A stretch of DNA of 64,000 bases, from positions 15,079,466-15,143,465 of the forward strand of contig NC_069002.1 of assembly GCF_001194135.2 (NCBI RefSeq), written 5' to 3'. Origin of the DNA: Octopus bimaculoides. Taxonomy: Eukaryota. This document shows, one piece after another, positions 37,401 through 52,800 of this stretch. A model generated the notes under the pieces. That model searched no databases. It saw only the letters and a program-made list of their open reading frames with translations, and had not been told where the DNA came from. The number at the start of each line of letters is the position of its first letter. The first letter of the stretch is position 1. The position numbers and the translations under genes are program-made.

Positions 37401-40400
37401 ATAACAGGCACCATGTATGCCAAGATGGCCTTTCAATCTTAAAAATCCCTTCAACAATAGATCAGGGTTTCTCAATCATTTTTTGCATATAGAACCCTTT
37501 GATTCCTATTTTACTCTAATGCTCACCCAACCCCTGTTAAAAGAGATTATTCTTTTACTCTTTTACTCTTTTACTTGTTTCAGTCAGTTGACTGCGGCCA
37601 TGCTGGAGCACCGCCTTTAGTCGAGCAAATCGACCCCAGGACTTATTCTTTGTAAGCCTAGTACTTATTCTATCGGTCTCTTTTGCCGAACCGCTAAGTT
37701 ACGGGGACGTAAACACACCAGCATCGGTTGTCAAGCGATGTTGGAGGGACAAACACAGACACACAAACACACATATATACATATACATATATACGACGGG
37801 CTTCTTTCAGTTTCCGTCTACCAAATCCACTCACAAGGCTTTGGTCGGCCCGAGGCTATAGTACAAGACACTTGCCCAAGGTGCCACGCAGTGGGACTGA
37901 ACCCGGAACCATGTGGTTGGTAAGCAAGCTACTTACCACACAGCCACTCCTGCGCCTAAATTTTTATTATTAAATATTACTAGGAACTGCATTGAAAAAA
38001 GGTTAAAATACTTTATGCGTCATACAAGTATAACCAATTTATTGCTCATAAGCTTTAACACCAAAACCTTACATGAACCCCCAAGGGATCATATGGACTC
38101 TGGCTGAGAACCACTGCATCGGATGAAAGGTGTTGAATGACAAAATCATTAGAGCATCACATAAAATGTGTTGCAAAATTTGTTTCTATGCACAACAATG
38201 TGAGATCAAATCCTGCTGAGGTCTGTTTTGCAGTTCAGCTTTCTGGGGTTTATAAAAAGAAAAGAATGTATTAACTGAGTGCTGAAGCAGCCCCCCCCCC
38301 CCAAATTCCCTACCTGGGTCTTTCACTAGATCAAGGGTAGGTTTAAGGTTGAGGGAGTGTCTCTATCACCTGATGACCACATAGGCCATTAAAACACAAT
38401 GCATGTTACCAAATCAGCCTTATTTCTGAGTGACAGCCATAATTCAGTGTTAGATCATCTTGACTCTGAGTGATGCAAGAGGCAACTGGTCGGCAATAAA
38501 GGACAACCAGCTGCAAAATACTATCTCATAAAGCCCTAACCAACACATACCAGCAGGGAAAAGCAGAAAAACAACAAAAACAGCAACATGATGGAGGTAC
38601 TGGTGATAGTAGTGATGATAATGATGATGACTGTATTGGATCATGTGGAAATATTGATTAGTGTCTTATACCAGAGAAGAGCTAAGTATTGCACATCAAG
38701 AGACTTCCCCTTTGTTCTAGAGGGTTTTTAAGGTATTTGACTATTATTTCTAATTACAGAAATACTTACCCCAAAGAGAACATCTAACATTAAACTCTTT
38801 CTCCAAAATGTTTTTGTGGCTGCACAGTTAGACTTCACACAAGCAGAAACTTGGCAATAAATCTGTTGATAAAAAAAATAGTTAACAAATTAATTGATCA
38901 TAATTAGAGAAACATGAATGATTGACAAATGTAATTAACAAATTAGTTGATTGTAATTATGAAACTGAATATTAAAAGAAAAAGAGAAAATTACTGTTTA
39001 ACCCTCCAACATTTAAACCAACCATATCTGCCCAAATATTGGATCTGTTCAAACTGACCAGATCCAGCCTTTCACATTTACTCTACAATGTCATTCTAAA
39101 GAGAAACAATCACATTACCAAAATCTCAAAGTTATGAAATAGTCCATTATTCATTCAAAACAATGTTTATAAATTAGTATTTGAGCAATCTAAATACTAA
39201 AGGGTTAAATATAAGCCAGGATATTTCTTATTCATCAACTCACTTTGTCTCTGAGCTTCAGCTGTTTCATACTGGATTCATTAACTGAGTGGAAATACTG
39301 GCCATCTGGTAAAACTGATGAATCAGAAATGATAACATCATTCAAGCCCCACTGCACGTAGTAATGGAGATTGTCATGTGCAAGACGTTGAAAATTACAA
39401 AAGGCTGTAATAACATCTGCTTTTTCATTGTATTGGAATTTAATTGTTGGCCGTTCTGGGAATTTTAGGGGCTCTGAAAATAAGAAAGAAAAAAAGAAAA
39501 GAATTGAAGAAATGTTCTTTTCACATATTTACATCATTGAAACACTGATTATATTTTTTGAAACCAGTCTATCTCACCCCATTCCTTTCTTTTTTGTGCC
39601 ACAAACACCCCCCCCCACACACACACACACACATCTTCAAAAATGTTTTTATTAAAACTTCATTGAATTTTCCCCGCAAGAGTTCTAGATACAGAGTAGA
39701 GCTATTCTTTCTTCATAGTTTGAAGATAAACTACCAAGTGTCTTTCATCACACACTACTTTCACTTGCTACTTTGTTATGCCCAACCATTCTGAAGTCCC
39801 TTACCATACCAAAATACTCAAAATATCGCCAAGCCCCACTAGCGGGGCTTGGTAATCAGCTAGAGATCAAGTGTTGAATTGAATCAGTGGAGGGAAATTT
39901 AAATCCAGATACGACAACCATATTTTGAGCTTTCTCTCACTTTCCCTTTCTCTGTACATATGCAGATATATGCAGATGTACGTACATACATACATTCAGG
40001 CATACAAATATACAAACATACATGATGATCCATAAAAGCTGATAACATCTAAAAAGGTAGTATGAGAATGCCATACCTGTGAACACATTTAGAGCCTTAA
40101 CAATCTTTATTTCGGCTGTAATTATTCTCCAGCTCCCAGTGGTGAAGTAACTTTTCACATTCGCGGACCCAATCAGTATCTTTGAACTGCACTGTAACTT
40201 CATGGTTTTTAGTAATGTATACACCTTTGTAGAAGTTTTCATCTTCCCATCAATACTCAAAGAGAAGCCAAATTGTTCACTCCAAGAAATTTGTACATCA
40301 ATAAATTTTTCCTTTAGAGATATAGGTGTAGATATGAGCCATTCTTTCTTGATAGTTTGAAGCCGAACTATCAAGTGTCTTTTATCATACATTACATTCA

Positions 40401-43400
40401 AACCACACGTGTCCTTTTCTGTTGTTATAATGTATGAAGTTTTGTCAGTTTTATGAAGCTTCAAATAGAAGGAGAAGGTTACTCCTAAGGGACAATGTTC
40501 TGGATTTAACAAACATTTTGGTAACTCGGTAAGAATTATCCATTTTATTTTTCCATTTATGGATAATGATGGCTCACCAAATGGTCCTTCAACTATGTTC
40601 AACTGATGTGAGAAATTTGCTATTATTAAACTTTTATTGAGAACCTTCTGGAATATTTTTATGTCGGTTTCTGCAGAAATAAACAGAATTTATGTTAAAA
40701 CAATAATAAACAGAGAAAAGAAAAAAAAACAATGGGATGTATAATTACTTAATATATTTATCAAATATCATAATTAATCAAATTATAAAAGTTATTTCAT
40801 TGTCAAATTATGAATTTCTAATATATCAAAGTGCAAAGTGATGTGATTTATGGGATTGTAAAATGATCAATTTATAAAAAGTTTTCCATTTTCTCAGATT
40901 ATGGAGAGACAGGCTCTAATCTTCTGATTCAACTAAGGAATCTAGGTTTCTAAGAGGTTATTCTGTTGCTGGTACAGTCTGTAACACACAACGAGCTGGC
41001 ACTCCGTCGCTTACGACGTTGAGGGTTCCAGTTGATCCAATCAACGGAACAGCCTGCTCGTGAAATTAACGTGCAAGTGGCTGATCACTCCACAGACATG
41101 TGTAACCTTAACGTAGTTCTCGGGGATATTCAGCGTGACACAGAGTGTGACAAGGCTGACCCTTTGAATTACAGATACGACAGAAACAGGAAGTAAGAGT
41201 GAGAGAAAGTTGTGGTGAAAGAGTACAGCAGGATTCGCCACCATCCCCTGCCGGAGCCTCGTGGAGCTTTAGGTGTTTTCGCTCAATAAACACTCACAGC
41301 GCTCGGTCTGGGAATCGAAACTGCGATCCTATGACCGAGAGTCCACTGCCCTAATCACTGGGCTATTGCGCTTCCACATCAGACACAACACCTCACCAAG
41401 AAAGGGTGTTCAGCCATAAAAAACTATGCAAAAACAAACACAGAAGTCTGGTGCAGTCTTCTGCCTAACCAGCTCCTGACAAACAATATAACCCATGCAA
41501 GCATGGAAAACAGATGTTAGATGATGATGATAATGATGAAGTCTTTTGAAGTGTTAAATTCATGTTATGACCTAATACTTACTGTTAATAATGGACCAGC
41601 TATTTGGTAACTTCTCAGGATAACAAACATTGGTAAAATTGGTGACATCCACATATCCCCGAGGATAACACTCCTTGTTAATAGTGCAAATGCTTTTCTG
41701 GAATAAACAATTTTGTATCCAATATAGCAACAATTAAAATTAAATATGACTAAAGAGAACTACATGCAAAAAAATTAAACCAGTTTCTCTTTCCTGTATC
41801 CATTAGGCAGGGAGTAATCTTAAGGCTCACCCCCTAATCTACCTTTCTACATTGTGTCTATTACGCAAAGACAATTCCTCTCTCTCTGCCATATCTATTC
41901 CCATGTGGTGTAATGATTTGATAAACATAATTTGTGGAGATTCAGGTTTTCCAGGAAAACTTGGAATTGGAAGTGTGACTACTTTGTTATGTCCATATCT
42001 TTTATTCTTCTACTGAATTCAAGTGTGTAGCTACTTAAATTAACACAAATACTGGTAAGTTAGTATTTATTTTATTCACCTGGATGACAAAAGACAATGT
42101 TGAAATAGGTAAGATTTGAAAAATTTTCTCACAGTGTTACACAAACCGATAATCAATAAACAGAGTTGAATTAATCAATACACAGTTATAGCAACACCTA
42201 AAGAAAATCATAAGAATTTATCAATCATTGACAATTTTATCAGTTATAAAAGTATTGCTATTGTCCTTTCTGATCAACAGTATAATGCAAATATGATTCA
42301 CCTTTATCACCATCGTTGGCCAACATGCCATGCTTGTAAAGACCTGTTGAACTGAGTGAAATCATTGTCATGGCTGATGCTGGTACCTTCTGACTGGCAC
42401 CTGTGCTGATGGCATGTAAAATTCACCATTCAAGCATGGCTGATGCACACAAATACAGAAAGAGAAAAGTGAGTAACTGAGTGAATACTTACTTTGGTAA
42501 TACATTCAGTAACTGTACAATTTGAGAAACATTTGGAGTCATAGAGAATATAGACCAAAGCGTTGCTCCAAGTGATACCATTGTTACTGACAGACACATT
42601 GTAGGCACTCGCTGGTGGCACTTTGCAGTAGATACTTTGGGTGCTGAGTAAAGTTCCTTGGGTATAAAAAGATTTACCATCCTGAAATGGTGGAAAAAAC
42701 AAGTTTTATATAAAGAACAAATATAAAAATTTTTGTGTTCACTGTTGTTGTTAAAGCCTGGGGTTACCAACCAGGTCAACCATCAGCCTTGAGACCTGGG
42801 GTCAAAAGTGTCTTGATGATAACCTTGCCAAAACAGTGCATCTAATGTGTATTTCATTTCTGAACTGGAAGTAATGAAATTTGAAGGAAATTTTGCTGGT
42901 ATTTCTAGCAGATCAAACAAGAAATAATAAGTAACAAAATACTTAAAAGGCGTTTTTGGTGCCTTGTCATCGTTAGGATTGTAATTAAGTGAGATGATGA
43001 TGGTGGCAGTGATAGTGATTTTTGCTCATGCTGATGGCAATGATGATGATGATGACTTTGGTTTGTTACTGTTGTTGTTATAAGTGTTGCTGGTGGTAAT
43101 GAAGACAGTGATACTGGTGAGGTTGTTGCTGTTGTTTAATGCAAAATCAGCCTTGATCAAGCAAATCTATGACCAAAGACATTCCAACCGAGGCCACCCT
43201 GTCCTAGAAGTATGTGAGGAACCACATTATCCTAGATGTACTTGTGCAGTGTACCATTTTCTTAGTGTGTGATTCAAAAGAGATTTCACTAGTATTTCTA
43301 GAGGGCCGAGTAACAACATGGAGGTACCTAAAGTACCCTTCAGTCCCACATTCACTAAAACCACCATTGCAACATCTTAATCATCATCATCAACAATGTC

Positions 43401-44788
43401 GTCATCGTCGTCATCATCATCATCATAACCACCATCTCTAACAACAACTTTTTTGTTGTTTAGCCTTGAGTAAAAGAACCAATGATCAAAACATTCCAGT
43501 GATGACCATCCTGTCTATCTTAATCAGACTACACTGTCCAATGGATCCTTCCTTTTTTTGTTTTTAAAGAGAGTAGGGGTGTGTTTCAAGGGAGATTTTG
43601 TTGCTGTTTATGCAGGTTGAACATGTATGTAAGGCACCCTTGTTATTGATGATGATGATGATGATGATTAGCTCTCAAGAAGCTATAATGACTGTTGGGC
43701 TTCCTTAAACAACCTTGCCCAGACTTGTGCCTTGAAGGGTAACTTTCTAGGTGCAATCCTATAGTCATTCATGACCAAAGAGGGTCTATCCTTTTACAAG
43801 AAAGGTTCTCTTGTTGTTGTTGGCACTCCGTCACTTACAACGTCGAGGATTCCAGTTGATCCGATCAACGGAACAGCCTGCTCGTGAAATTAACGTGCAA
43901 GTGGCTGAGCACTCCACAGACACATGTACCCTTAACGTAGTTCTCGGGGATATTCAGCGTGACACAGTGTGTGACAAGGCTGAGCCTTTGAATTACAGGC
44001 ACAACAGAAACAGGAAGTAAGAGTGAGAGAAAGTTGTGGTGAAAGAGTACAGCAGGGTTCGCCACCATCCCCTGCCAGAGCCTCGTGGAGCTTTAGGTGT
44101 TTTCGCTCAATAAACACTCACAATGCCCGATCTGGGAATCGAAACCGCAATCCTATGACCGCGAGTCGGCTGCCCTAACCACTGGGCCATTGCGCCTCCA
44201 CTAAAAGGTTCTCTATAGTATGACTAAAAAGCACCCCACCTCTCAACTTTGTGGAGCTACCCCTCTCCTAAACAGTTTACATGATATATGTCTGAAGCCA
44301 GAGCAAAGTAGGTTGAAAGCAGATCCACTTGATAATTTCAATATCATATTACAAAAATCAATATAAAAATGCTTAAATATTCATTTTAAATAATTTTCAG
44401 TTTTTAAACAAAAAAGTTTTTGCTGCTAAACGTATCCATTGCAAAAATATTAAAAGAAAACCGAAACTAAAATACACAGATTTGATACATACCGCGGAAG
44501 AGATGAAGCGACATGTGAGATTAATTTTGTCTGTGAAACCTTCTCCAGAAATTTGAATCCTATTCTGACATTTTGGTAGATTGATATCACAGATGTTCCC
44601 ACCTTCAATGCTATCCAGTTTTGGAGGAACATTCTTTTTAACGGAACAAGTTTCTCCAGTGTAATCTCCAGTACACACACATTCTCCTGAAGAAAAAGAA
44701 AAGAAAAGGAATGGTTCATGTAGTTATGCAATTGAAGTTACAAGTCTATGTAATTATTATCTTGTGTGTGTTTGTGTGTGTGTGTGAG

Positions 44789-44837
<49 letters not shown>

Positions 44838-46850
44838 CAATGAAACAAATTACAAACATGCTGCTCTAATTATGTGTCATGTCTTCTGATTTCTTCTGAC
44901 AAAGCCAACGATGGCCATCCAGCTTGACTCTGTCTAATGGTCTCAATAAACCTTACATACATGTAACATCCTGACTTACTGTTTTACTTCATGTAATATC
45001 TATTTCAGAGACAATTTTTGAAGCACAGTTTTCAGGCCTTCATGTTCTTCTTTCACTTCTGACACTGGGTCCATGTAATCGGCTAGCCCCCCCACCACCC
45101 CGGCCATCCCCTAAATTTCAGGCCTTGTACCTATAGTAGAAAGGATTATTAAACAAAAGTTCTCAATATAAGACACTGAAATGACAAAGGAAGACATTGT
45201 GACAGTCTGTAAAATAGATTTACCTTTCACACATTCACCATTTCCATTGCAATCATCAGTACAAATTGTATCGACAGTGTCAGGTGGCTGGCTGGTACCA
45301 CTGATATTATCCTTCTTCCAATTATCAGTGTCTGTCTTCAAAAGATTCTCACACTGTGCTTTGATGTCTTCATACATGGCCTCTCGCCAACCTAAGTTGT
45401 CTGTCATCTGAAAAATAGTAATAAAAGAAAATTAAGTATCACCATTACCATATCACACACATGGCGAGCTGGCAGAATCGTTAGCACGTCAGGCGAAATG
45501 CTTAGCGGTATTTCGTCTGCCGTAACGTTCTGAGTTCAAATTCCGCCAAGGTCGACTTTGCCTTTCATCCTTTCGGGGTCGATAAATTAAGTNNNNNNNN
45601 NNCGACTTTGCCTTTCATCCTTTCGGGGTCGATAAATTAAGTACCAGTTACGCACTGGGGTCGATGTAATCGACTTAATACCTTTGTCTGTCCTTGTTTG
45701 TCCCCTTTATGTTTAGCCCCCTGTGGGCAATAAGGAAATATATATCACACACACACACACACACATGTACTCTTTACTAGTCACAGTCATTGGTCTGAGG
45801 TCATGCTAGAGCACCAACTACCTCATCCACTCAGTGTGAGGGTTGGCTGGAAAGTTCTTAGGCTGACCAAGATACTCTCATTGAATATGACCAGATGAGG
45901 TTTATCTTTCATAAACATCCACCACACACCTTTCGATTTGCAGTCCATACACTTCTTCCATAGGTGTTGCAGTGGATTGAATCCCATTGGTTAAGAAGTT
46001 TTCATCCTCTCGGTCAAAAATGTCATCAACAGCAGACATGACATGAACATCACTGCAATACTGCTTCTCAGTCAAGTGCTTTTTTCATATTGGGGAACAG
46101 ATGTTAGTCAGATAGAACCAAATCAGAATAGAAAGGGTGATCTATCAGCAAAAAGCCACAGTAACTCACAGAAGACATTGAAACCAAGGACTTATGTGCC
46201 AGTTTCCCTGGGCGTTTGGTCTTGATTTCTGCTGTGATTGCTGCTTTCAGTTCACCAATTGTTTGAGGTTTGTTCTGGTAAGCATTATCCTTGAGATACT
46301 CGCACAGATAAAAATATGGTGGGGTTCAAGTCTGGTGAATCTGGTGCCCACTCAATGCCACACTTCCTGATGAAATCGCTCTCTCAGCCAGGCTAGGGAG
46401 TCATTTCATGCATGGTGGGGTGGCCCCATCTTGTTGGAACCACTGTTCAACTCAATCTATCCCTCTACGTCGTTTTATTCAAAGATATGTGGGTTTTGTC
46501 TTTTTGTGGGGTCATAAAGTAAATTTACAACTTTTGTCTTTATTAATTTTCATAGCATTTCACTGTTAAAAGCTTATAGAATCCATTTTTAGAGTATAGC
46601 TTATAAATTATCACCCATGTTAAGTTAGTTTAGCCATGGTATCTCACCACTTAGTTGGGTGATAGACATAACAACTACTTAACAGGGGTGCTACAAAAAA
46701 AAAGGGAAAAAGTTTAACAATCGCTGATGTTGTGGGATCAGTACCCTAAGGCATGTATGTCAAGACACCTTGGACGAAGGGAACAGCAGAAAAAAGCAAA
46801 GACAGATCGCTAGAACGAGATGGTGAAAAGATCAAGAGCATGATGGTAGA

Positions 46851-46881
<31 letters not shown>

Positions 46882-49800
46882 TAACATGGTAGGTGTGTCC
46901 TTCAATTATATGATAGAGAATAATAACAGGGTATACTTTTACATGTGAATCTCAGATTTTGAAGAATTCTTGCTGATATTTACCATTATGTCAGTCACAC
47001 AAGCTTCCACCGATGTTCCTACATTGAGATCTTTAACTGCTTCACAAGAAGAAAATGATTTCTTGAGAGAAAGGAAGGTTTGACATTGTCCTCTTGCTTG
47101 GTCTTCTGTTATACCACTTTGAGTTACATTGGGTTGTTCCTGGACAGAAAATATGAGAAAGATATATATATATATTAAAGAACAATCAAAGCAAAAACAA
47201 CGAAGTTAATTGTTGAATTTTATATTTCTTCATCATCGACATTGTCATTGTTGACATTATTAACAAAACTACCACTGCTACCAACATTAGAACCATTGCC
47301 TTCTTCCTCCCCTCCTCCTCTTCTACACTCATTCCTCTTCCTCCCCCCTCTCCCCTCTTCTTTCCCCCCTCCTCCTTCTGCACAATGGTGTACAATAGTG
47401 TGTGGATGAAATTTTTAAACTTTTATATTTAAAATTTATTTTTATATTTTTAAAAAATTAATTTTTATATTTTTAATATTTAATATTTTTAATTTATTTT
47501 TATATTTAAAAAAAAATTATTTTTAATATTTTATATTTTTAATTTATTTTCATATCTTTTTAAAATTTATTTTTATATTTCTAATATTTTATATTTTTAA
47601 TTTATTTTTATATTTTTTTAATATTCATTTTCATATTTTTAATATTTTATATTTCTAATTTATTACATATGTTTGGAGGAAGGAGCTGTGCCTGTGTATT
47701 TTGCATCCCCTCTCAGACTATCAAGATTGATTACGTCAAGGAAGAACTGTTTTAAATCATCTAAAAATACAGAAACCCAATATTCACTTTCCATATACAG
47801 TAGAACCTCACAGTACAAGTGCCCTATTGTACCAGTAATTTGCTGTACAAGCTGAGACTAGTGTAAACTTTTATAGTACAAGCAGAAATCCACAGTATGA
47901 GCAAACAAATTATCCCAACTCTGTGTCATGCTGAATCTCCTTGTGAACTATGTTAAGGGTACATGTGTCTGTGGAGTGCTCAGCCACATGCATGTTAATT
48001 TCACAAGTAGGCTGTTCCATTGATCAGATCAACTGGAACCCTCATCATCGTAACTGATGGAGTGCCAGTATAGATGGATAGATGGATGGATGGATGGATA
48101 CATACCCCTGCAACATAGTCTTCATCATATTCAAATTCTTCCGATTCTTCTCCCAAGCACTTCCTTGGATAGGCTGCTTCTTTCCAGTAGAAATCAGTTA
48201 CATCAGTATCTGAGGAGAGAAACCATAATGACAAAAATATAGAGAGGTGGATAAACAAAGACAGAATTTCTTCAGAATTACTGAGACATACAAAAAGTTA
48301 TTACTCTCTTTACTCTTTTACTTGTTTCAGTCATTTGACTGTGGCCATGCTGGGGCACCGCCTTTTAGTCGAACAAATCGACCCCAGGACTTATTCTTTG
48401 TAAGCCTAGTACTTATTCTATCGGTCTCATTTTGCCAAACCGCTAAGTAACGGGGACGTAAACACACCAGCCTCGGTTGTGAAGCGAAGTTGGGGGGACA
48501 AACACAGACACACAAACATATACACACATACATATATACACATATATACATATATACGACGGGCTTCTTTCAGTTTCCATCTACCAAATCCACTCACAAG
48601 GCTTTGGTCGGCCCGAGGCTATAGTAGAAGACACTTGCCCAAGGCGCCATGCAGTGGGACTGAACCAAGAACCATGTGGTTGGTAATTTTTAGAACTTCA
48701 TAAAATAACATTTTAGCCATCTAAAACCACGCAAAAACTACTAAATTCATTTAAAATTTATTCATATATTTTTCTGAGGGTTTTGTTCTTTTTTTGTGTT
48801 GTTGCCTCAGGTCTCTGCCACTCCTGAAACTCACAATGGCATCAAAATAAAATTTCTAAGTATCACAAGCAAAAACAGAAAGAAAACTCTGCAAATTGAT
48901 GACATCAACATTTCCTCTGGATTGACAGAAAAACCAAATCTTGACACCCAGCAAAATAATTGCAAAGTAAATTTCACAGTCTTTGTTTGTTATCAGATGG
49001 TTGAAATAGTCATTCTATGATGTATTTAGGTCTCAGATGCCAGATAAAGACAATTCTAAAATAAACAGTTTGAAACATTTGTGGAAACATTTATACTTGA
49101 ACTCATGAACATGTCTTCAGATTTCCTTCAGCTCAAGTTAATATGTTGTTGACCTAAAAATCAAAGCCATTCTTAATTAGCACCTCTGTTAATGAGCAAT
49201 TCTATTAAAAGGCAACGGTTTGTCACCTCTTTTTAAGTAAACAACTTCAAGCTGTTTTCCTTCAGAACTGACTGGTCTCATACCCTGTCCCCACACCCAG
49301 CTCATTCTTACCTACTCATATCTCAACTGTTCATCCCCTTTACTTTGTCTTCCTCATTCAGGCCCTAACAAATCACTTTTTTTTAGCCCCATTCATTCTT
49401 TTCTTGAACACCATTTCTCTACAATTCTCTCACTGTCCATGTTTTTTCTTTCTTGAAACTGTCAATTTAAACCTATTCAAGATAAACATTAATTGATCTT
49501 ACCAGTCTTGGAGAATTGTGAAGATTATGAGCTTAGTACCTTCTTGTAGACTAGTGCTTTTCAAAGTGGGTCTGAGGACAGTGGAAAATTTTTATGCCTG
49601 TACAAGGAGCAAAGAGGGCACTAGGGGCTTCTTTTAATTGCCCTAAATTTTAAAGATAGTGTTGATTTTTATTCTCTGTATTTGGTTCATATAATTGATT
49701 GAAATAAAGTTGCAAGCAGGCAGAATTGTTTGCACATCAGGTAAAATGCTTAGTGGCATATCATCCATCTGAGTTCAAATCTCACTGAGGTCAACTTTAG

Positions 49801-52800
49801 CTTTTATCCTTTCAGGGTCAATAAAATGAGCACCAGTTGAGCTCTGGGGTTGATGTAATCATCTTATCCCTGACCCAAGAGCTTGCTGACCTTGAAACCA
49901 ATATGAGAGGTTGAAATGTGGCTTTTCCCATTCCATATCATACAAATGAGTTGAATCATGTGTAAGTACGAGTTTAGTAAGGATCAAGCTGTTGGCAGTA
50001 ACAGTTTGTGGAGTATTTCATTTTAGGGGTATTGAAAGGGTGTTAGCAAAAGAAAGGAGTCAATATTTAAAAAAGTTTGAGAAGCAAAACTTTTGGCCAA
50101 ATCCTTATATGAAAAAGGATAAGTTCCAGCATCTTTGATACAAACAACAAAGATGATCTCATGTGAAAAGATTAATTAATTAAGGATTACAGGAGATTAC
50201 GGTACTTACTTGATTTTTTCTTCTGATAACAGAAATTAACATCACCAGTTGCTGAACATTTACTCTTTGTGCCATTCACATTCTGACAATAAATAACAGT
50301 GTCGTTTTTCTCTTCAGTTTCTGGACAGTAGCCATTGTAAAGAGAGTCGGTTTTATTTAACCTGAAAAAAAGATAAACGAGCATTATGTGTATGTGTGTG
50401 TGCTCATGGATGCATGTGTGTATTCATACATACATACATAAATATATATATATATATATATATAGGGAGAATTCACAAAAAAACAACAGACGAAGACAGG
50501 TGGTGTAGAAAACAAACAGATGTATTAGTATAACGCTCAGGAATAGAGAAAGTCTTTAACGTTTCGAGCCTACGCTCTTCAACAGAAAGGAACACAGAAA
50601 GAAACAAGGAGAGAAAAAAAAATGGATGGATGGATGGATGGATGAATAGATAGATAGAAGCATACATACATACATTATACATACCCTCAACACATGCATA
50701 CACACACATATACATACATGCACATACATACACTATATACAAATTATTTCAAATATTGATGCTATTAATAGTTTAATGACCATAATTAAGCATTATTCTG
50801 TAATTTGATTATTTATTCTAATATTTTTAATGATTATGATTTCTTGAGAGAAACCAACTTTGTAAATCTATGTTATAATTTCTTATGTTCACTCAACTCT
50901 TTGACTCTTCTGATATCAGAGTTGGTGGCATCAAGAATACATCAACTTATAATGCTTTTCTTACTGTTAAAGAGTCTGATTAGTTTGAACTTAAGGTTAG
51001 AAAGAAAGTTGGACTTCTGGGCTTTAAGAGTGATGTAGGGTGGTGCAGAGTGAAATATTGTCTCTTTAGAAGGGTGGCTAGTATTTAGTCTTTATGTAGT
51101 CATGCTGAAACGTTACTTTCATTGTATATTATGGTAGTGACATATCAAGGTTTTTAGACAGTTGGAAAACTTGATATATTTACAGTTTTCACTTGTTAGA
51201 AGACATCATGTCCTTTAGCTACCTATTACCTATGTACCTTTGCTAACTCACATCTAACCAGGAATTACACAACAACCATACTATAAACTACAGTTAACAA
51301 ATTTCCCACTATTGAAGACCAAGATGTCCATTCAGCCACTTGTACACCAATTATAGAGAAAATGCATTAAAAAAAAACCCCACTTAACAAACTGCTTTTA
51401 AGAAGAACCTTCTAAATGTCTTTCAAAAGAATAAAGTAAATGATTAAAGGTTCTTCCCTTCCACTATCATCTATAAGAAAGAAGATGAATTATATTTATA
51501 TATCAATCTTTAGTCTCACCTCCAGGCAAGGCAGAAAGTTCGTAGTTTACTGTCCTTTTTAACATAAAGCTTTCCGTTTGGCATTCGCAGGTCGTTTCTT
51601 GTACTTCCATCATAATTACCACACATACCTAAATGAATAAACAATAATAAACAATAATCATCAATAATAATAGCATTATTATATTGTTTGACGCAACAAT
51701 ATAAATATAATTAAATTAATATAAATATAATTAAAAGTTACCTTCAGTTTTATTAAAATCATTTGGAGAAGCTCGCATCCAGAGATTTATAAATGTTGAA
51801 GTAAGTTGGCAAAAAATGACGCTGCCTGTTGGAAGATGAATCTAAAAGACAAAATGTGTTCAAAATTATTTATAAAATTCAAATAAAAGAATTTTACTTC
51901 TCTTACAGGGTGGTTCATAATAGGAATGTCTGCTGGATTATGAAGTTTGTTTCCCAATCACGCTGCATGGCATCTTGGGCAAGTATCTTCTACTATAACT
52001 CTAAGTTAACCAAAATCTTGTGTATGAATTTATTGGGAGATGAAAAATGTAAGAAACCTGCCCCGCGCGCGTGCGTGCGTGCGTGCGTGTGTGTGTGTGT
52101 GGTAGTGGAATGCAGTGTTGTGCTTCTTTGACTTGACATCAGATAATCATTGTTAAAAACAAGGGTTACCAAACTTCCATGAAAGCATAATGATTGCTGG
52201 GGAAATTGTACATCACTTGGAAACAGGTGAGTGCTGGTAACAAGGAGTAGAAAATCTGCCTCAACAAACTGTGTCTGACTGATGCAAACATAGAAAAGCT
52301 GACATTAAAACAATGACAGTAGTGATGAGTGACACCTTGAGTAAGTTTCATCAACCATAATGGATGCAGCATAGCTGAATAATCAAGGAATTCACTTCAG
52401 TATCATAAGGTTCTCCAAGTCTTGCCATGTCACACTGTACCATACTAAGCGAACAATAATTTTTCTTTTGAGGTGGGGGCATGTTGGGAACAGTTATCAC
52501 TTTAGTGCTGATGCCTTGACAAAAGTACTCAGTACAGTGTGTAAACTGGCTGATGTTAGGAAGGGTAACTGGCAACAAAAACTAGAATAAAAATGAAATA
52601 CAGGTGATATTATTCAGCTACTCTAATTACCTGAGAGCAGAATAGGCACACGCTATGTGCCCCAACTTTTGTTAGCTTCCCCTTTGCTCCTTCTCCCCAG
52701 AACCACTTCCATTCTTTATCTTCCTCCAGCCATGCTCTTTCCTCTCTGCTACACCCCATCCATGCTTACACCTTTTTCATCCCCTGAACCACTCCTATAT

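Noticed and set aside
45553-45642. Direct repeat of ~40 bp on both sides of a 10-N gap
   Set aside because: Typical contig-overlap artefact inside one SINE-E copy.
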